A DNA stretch of 64,000 nucleotides, from the NCBI GenBank assembly GCA_050732575.1, contig JBOHRF010000001.1, positions 25,595 through 89,594 of the forward strand, written 5' to 3'. Positions 57,746-64,000 of the stretch are shown one piece after another. Under the pieces are notes generated by a model. That model was not told where the DNA came from. It saw nothing but the letters and a program-made list of their open reading frames with translations, and ran no database searches. Position 1 is the stretch's first letter. Each line of letters begins with the position of its first letter. Both the position numbers and the translations under genes were made by a program. The stretch is from Longimicrobiales bacterium. GTDB lineage: Bacteria > Gemmatimonadota > Gemmatimonadetes > Longimicrobiales > RSA9.

Positions 57746-59122
57746 ATGTGCGGAATCGTGGGTGTTTCCGGAATTGACCGGGCGGCCGAGCTGGCCTTTC
57801 TGGCGTTGTATGCGTTGCAACATCGCGGACAGGAAGCAGCCGGTATTGCCGCCGTTCGTGATGGCCGTGCGCGCGTGCACAAGGCATTCGGTTCCGTGTC
57901 AGAGGGTTTTAACGATGAACGGCTGGCTCACCTGAGCGGACGAGTCGCGCTGGGCCACACGCGCTACTCGACGGCGGGTGGCGCAGGGCTGGTGAACGCG
58001 CAACCCGTTGTGGTGACCTACCATCAAGGTGACCTGGGCCTGGTGCACAACGGCAACCTGACCAATGCTACGATGTTGCGTGACGAGCTGGTGGCCGAAG
58101 GTGCGCTCTTCCAATCGACCGTGGATAGTGAAGTGATCGTACATCTGATCGCGCGCTCACGCCTGCCCAGTGTGGATGAGCAGGTGCGTGATGCACTGTC
58201 CCGATTGACGGGTGCGTTCTCGGTCATCATGACCATCGGGGAAGTTCTGTATGCCGCACGCGATCCGCACGGTTTCCGCCCGCTCGTGCTGGGCCGCAAA
58301 AAGAACGGCTGGGTGCTGGCCAGTGAGACCTGCGCATTGGACCTGATCGGCGCCGAGCTGGAGTGCCCACTCGAACCGGGTGAGATCATCAAGATCGAGG
58401 ATGGTGAGGTCATCCATCTGGAGGGTCTGGAGCCGGCGGACGAGCCTGCTCCCTGCATTTTCGAGCTGATCTACTTTGCGCGTCCGGATTCGCGCGTCTG
58501 GGGCGCCAGTGTGGACAGGGCGCGCCGCGCGTTTGGTCGCCAGCTGGCGCGCGAGCATCCGGCGGCTGCCGATTGCGTGTTCAGCGTACCCGACTCATCC
58601 AACTCGGCAGCCCTTGGCTTCAGTGAAGAAAGTGGCACGCCGCTCGAGCTGGGATTGATCCGCAATCACTACGTCGGTCGCACGTTCATTCACCCCACCC
58701 AAGCGGGGCGCGATTTCCGCGTGCGCATCAAATACAACACGGTACGCGAGGTCATTGAAGGCAAGCGTGTGGTGGTCGTGGATGACTCGCTGGTGCGGGG
58801 TACGACCAGTCGCGGGCTGATTCGGCTCATCCGGGAAGCCGGCGCCCGGGAGGTCCATTTCCGGGTGGCCAGCCCGCCGGTCATTTCGCCTTGTTATTAC
58901 GGCATCGACATGCCGACCCGCGAAGAATTGATCGGGGCGCGCAAAAGTGTGGAGGAAATCCGACAACATCTGAACGTGGACTCGCTGGGTTATCTGTCGC
59001 GCGAGGGTATGCATGCGGCGGTAGCCGAGCATGGGCCGTTTTGTGACGCCTGCTTCAGCGGCCGTTATCCCGCGCCACTGGTGGACTTGCAAATGGGGAA
59101 GCCCGTGGAAAGCCACTGCTGA
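57746..59122 (+). CDS. purF: amidophosphoribosyltransferase
   Basis: MCGIVG is the N-terminal Cys nucleophile. LGHTRYSTAG, the PRPP loop VVVVDDSLVRGTT, and C-terminal Fe-S cysteines are also present. Confidence 0.95.
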   Translation: MCGIVGVSGIDRAAELAFLALYALQHRGQEAAGIAAVRDGRARVHKAFGSVSEGFNDERLAHLSGRVALGHTRYSTAGGAGLVNAQPVVVTYHQGDLGLVHNGNLTNATMLRDELVAEGALFQSTVDSEVIVHLIARSRLPSVDEQVRDALSRLTGAFSVIMTIGEVLYAARDPHGFRPLVLGRKKNGWVLASETCALDLIGAELECPLEPGEIIKIEDGEVIHLEGLEPADEPAPCIFELIYFARPDSRVWGASVDRARRAFGRQLAREHPAAADCVFSVPDSSNSAALGFSEESGTPLELGLIRNHYVGRTFIHPTQAGRDFRVRIKYNTVREVIEGKRVVVVDDSLVRGTTSRGLIRLIREAGAREVHFRVASPPVISPCYYGIDMPTREELIGARKSVEEIRQHLNVDSLGYLSREGMHAAVAEHGPFCDACFSGRYPAPLVDLQMGKPVESHC

Positions 59123-59255
59123 ACAGGCGCGGCAAGCCGGCACTTGTCCCGCAAGTAACGTCAGAGAATCGTCGCTCCCGGGGCTTGGGCGCTGAATCCC
59201 GGCGCTACCGCGCATCAATCCGATCCTGCGCTGTCGAATTCTGCAGCCGCGCTAT

Positions 59256-59780
59256 TTATTGATCCGCAGCGGATGAACCCATAAGTGCCTGATGCAATGC
59301 AGCCAATTGATTCTGTCCGATTGGAATATTGGCGATCAAAGTCTTCCCATCGCAGGAGGCGATCTGGACCGACGAGCGCATCAGGTTGACAGACACGCGG
59401 CTCGCAACCTTGGGCGCCAGCTGCAGCACTTGATCAATGTCATCCGCGGCTGCGGCCGCCAGTAACGAATCGTAAGCTTCTTCCTCAGCACCAACATCGC
59501 TGCCACCTTCGATACCCGTACAGCTGTGACAATTCTCGGGTTCAACGGGGTTCCCGCCTTGCGAGCAAACAAAGCACGCGCCCCCGTGATTCTGACCACC
59601 AAACTCCCCGCCGGGTCCTCTCGACGAATGATGGCCTGTGCTGGCCGAACAGAATTGACCACCCGTAGCAATGAACAGGTTACAGGCCATGGCCGAAGAC
59701 ATTTCTGGCGTATCGTATGTCGGCGCGGCGCCGAGCAGGATGCCGATCGCCATAGGGAGCAGAAGTGCCTGAATCTTCAT
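59256..59780 (-). CDS. secreted Cys/Gly/His-rich hypothetical protein
   Basis: GGAGG 6 nt upstream of ATG 59780. Signal peptide MKIQALLLPMAIGILLGAAP. The mature N-terminal half contains 6 Cys including CFVC and CHSC, plus HH and NHGG. An acidic linker and a helical C-terminus follow. Confidence 0.5.
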   Translation of the reverse strand: MKIQALLLPMAIGILLGAAPTYDTPEMSSAMACNLFIATGGQFCSASTGHHSSRGPGGEFGGQNHGGACFVCSQGGNPVEPENCHSCTGIEGGSDVGAEEEAYDSLLAAAAADDIDQVLQLAPKVASRVSVNLMRSSVQIASCDGKTLIANIPIGQNQLAALHQALMGSSAADQ

Positions 59781-59838
59781 TGGAGTCCTCCGATCGAGGT
59801 TTGTTTGATGGTTTGCCCAAGGCCCCGGGCGCGAAAGA

Positions 59839-60963
59839 TCAACGAGTAAGACGCAGTCTAACAATCCGTATTTGAATCCATCCGTCGGGAGTCGTGTTGG
59901 GAATCGCTATCAAACCGTTCGGCATTACCGCGCGTACGGGCCCGTCCAATAGGGTTGACGTTACAACTCTTCTGGAGTTGGGGTCGATTACTTCGACCCT
60001 GGTGTTATAGAGGAACTCGTAATCGATCTTTGAGGCCGGTATTTCGGTGACGCCTCTCTTCAGGTCGGCCGCCACTTGACGCCAAGCTCTTGCATAGGTG
60101 GGCGCAGGAACCAAGACGTATATCCATAGCAGGCCGTCGGGGGCTTCTCTAGCGCCCAACAATCGCGGCGAGGCGGGCTTCTCCGGGCCTCCGGGCAAGC
60201 CGTCCGATGGTTGCGCGAACCAAACTGGCCGTCGCTCAAACGTTGTTACGAGTTCATCGTTGGAATCCCACCTTGAGACGGTATACGTGTACGCCGCTGC
60301 ACTCCAGTACGCGCCACTTGATGCCCGCGCGAGTTGGTGCCGCATGGCCAGCCTGCCTTGAGAACCCGGTAATACCTTCCCATCTCCTGGTCCGAACGAC
60401 CGCGTGATTCGGGTCACCTGGCCGCTGACGTCCAAGGCGTGAAACGGCCACCCAAGACGGTCACTCGTTCTGATCTGACCATTCACCACTATGCGCTTTG
60501 GCCAGTCAAGTATGAGCGTCCCCAGCGGATCAAGAATCGGAATCATGAAATTGCGAACGAACTTCAAGGCCGGGTCGAACACACTCACTCGCCCACCGCC
60601 CTCGATCACAGCGACTGAATCGCCCGGGAGCGACCAAACTGTGTAGGGCATTCGAAACTCGCCCGGTCCAGATCCGGTTCGACCAACTCGCGTTAGAAAT
60701 TGTCCAGTCGACGCAAACACCAGTGGAGCCTCGGGTCCGTTGAACACCCAATATCGACCATTCGCGTCACCTTCGATTCCCGGCACCGCACCCAGCGCAC
60801 CCGGACCATCGGCCGTGCCAACGGTTGCTATCACCTCTGTGGTGATCGTGCACCGGGAACAGGTCGGTTCGTTTGGTATCGACACAACTTGAGCTGATGC
60901 AAGTGAACGCCATGGGACAATAGCGACGTGCGTCAACACGAATGCGAACGTTGCGCTATTCAT
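59839..60963 (-). CDS. secreted 6-bladed beta-propeller-like (NHL-like) hypothetical protein
   Basis: AAGGAG 9 nt upstream of ATG 60963. Signal peptide MNSATFAFVLTHVAIVPWRSLASAQ. GSGPGEF motif and a repeated beta-strand pattern. GC is lower than the flanks. Confidence 0.55.
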   Translation of the reverse strand: MNSATFAFVLTHVAIVPWRSLASAQVVSIPNEPTCSRCTITTEVIATVGTADGPGALGAVPGIEGDANGRYWVFNGPEAPLVFASTGQFLTRVGRTGSGPGEFRMPYTVWSLPGDSVAVIEGGGRVSVFDPALKFVRNFMIPILDPLGTLILDWPKRIVVNGQIRTSDRLGWPFHALDVSGQVTRITRSFGPGDGKVLPGSQGRLAMRHQLARASSGAYWSAAAYTYTVSRWDSNDELVTTFERRPVWFAQPSDGLPGGPEKPASPRLLGAREAPDGLLWIYVLVPAPTYARAWRQVAADLKRGVTEIPASKIDYEFLYNTRVEVIDPNSRRVVTSTLLDGPVRAVMPNGLIAIPNTTPDGWIQIRIVRLRLTR

Positions 60964-61345
60964 TGCACGCAATCTCCTTCTTGGTGAGTACCCATTCTTG
61001 CTGTTTGACCCGACATTCATGTCAAGAGGTAACGGTTTGCGATTCAATCTGTACACATTGTCATGACGAGCTATCTTTCAAAAGACAAGTCGCTGCGCAT
61101 TGCCATGTGACTGGCTGGCCGTGAGCTTCGCGAACCGGCGGCGACCGCGACATTCAGGTGCCACTTGTTGCGACGGCGAATCGAGCGCAGTTGGCTCGAT
61201 CAGGCACCCCTCACGAGTCGAGGTGAAGCACAGAACGTCACCTGCCAATAACTACTGCAAAGCGGGCTCTTCGATCGTTGGGGGAAGACGGGCGGCATCG
61301 CCGAAAAACTAGGCAAGGCAGATCCATGCCCGGTTTCATTTCACC

Positions 61346-61420
61346 CAGCGGGTGCAGCGGGTGCAGCGGGTGCAGCGGGTGCAGCGGGTGCAGCGGGTGC
61401 AGCGGGTGCAGCGGGTGCAG
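61346..61420. repeat. perfect 9-bp tandem repeat, 8.3 copies (CAGCGGGTG)
   Basis: Read directly: cagcgggtg x8 and then cag, with no mismatch. It is intergenic, between the beta-propeller gene (minus strand) and ppdK (plus strand). Confidence 0.95.
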
Positions 61421-61580
61421 TGACAAGTTAGTGAGGAGATATAGCAACGGTCAACGCTGTAAGCATCCTGAAAGCGGCATTCTGGGCCGGCTGATACTCA
61501 TTCACGTTGCATGGGACTCTGGCCTAATTCTTGTGAAGGCCCCACTCAGAAGCGCCGAGCAATCCTGCGGGAGCAACAAC

Positions 61581-64000
<2,420 letters not shown>

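Noticed and set aside
61238-61447. 69-aa ORF encoding (HPL)x8 across the perfect 9-bp repeat.
   Set aside because: It starts at a TTG with no SD, the remainder is Arg/Pro-rich junk, and any 9-bp repeat is open in all frames. Treated as non-coding.

Overview
High-GC (roughly 60-65% by eye) bacterial chromosomal segment. I cannot assign a lineage from the sequence alone. It is densely packed with about 60 protein genes, nearly all core metabolism or housekeeping.

Gene content in order:
- Acyl-CoA catabolic operon (TetR, three crotonases, ALDH, thiolase, HADH).
- ACAD-rng-rplU-rpmA.
- recQ.
- A roughly 15-kb minus-strand chain running VanZ-aspS-phoH-ybeY-DUF502-ubiB-meaB-B12 mutase-HAD-methyltransferase-mutase small subunit-carboxyltransferase-AtuA-like-crotonase.
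- ptsN-like gene, an outer-membrane barrel candidate, rlmN.
- panCB, an NFACT protein.
- A trp operon (trpD / trpC-F-B ... trpA) interrupted by a HEAT-repeat protein plus an HD-GYP protein.
- Divergent lexA.
- A roughly 13-kb plus-strand chain tdh-kbl-truA-tal-htrA-purB-purC-pssA-purS-purQ-purL-purF.
- A lower-GC two-gene islet.
- The first ~806 codons of ppdK.

Not found: rRNA, tRNA, CRISPR, transposase, integrase, or any recognisable defence system.

Most unusual items:
1. An orphan promoter-to-terminator unit at 28.53-28.85 kb that looks like a ~285-nt multi-hairpin RNA of no family I can recognise.
2. Two related 9-bp-phased repeat arrays: a degenerate one in the rng-rplU spacer, and a perfect x8.3 one upstream of ppdK.
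3. The lower-GC islet with a secreted beta-propeller-like protein and a secreted Cys/Gly/His-rich protein.
4. The trpB/trpA split by a signalling gene pair.
5. A B12 mutase with ICM-type rather than MCM-type specificity residues.

All calls rest on reading the translated ORFs for motifs and on hand inspection. No database search or structure computation was run. Many long antisense ORFs in the supplied track are high-GC artefacts and were ignored.
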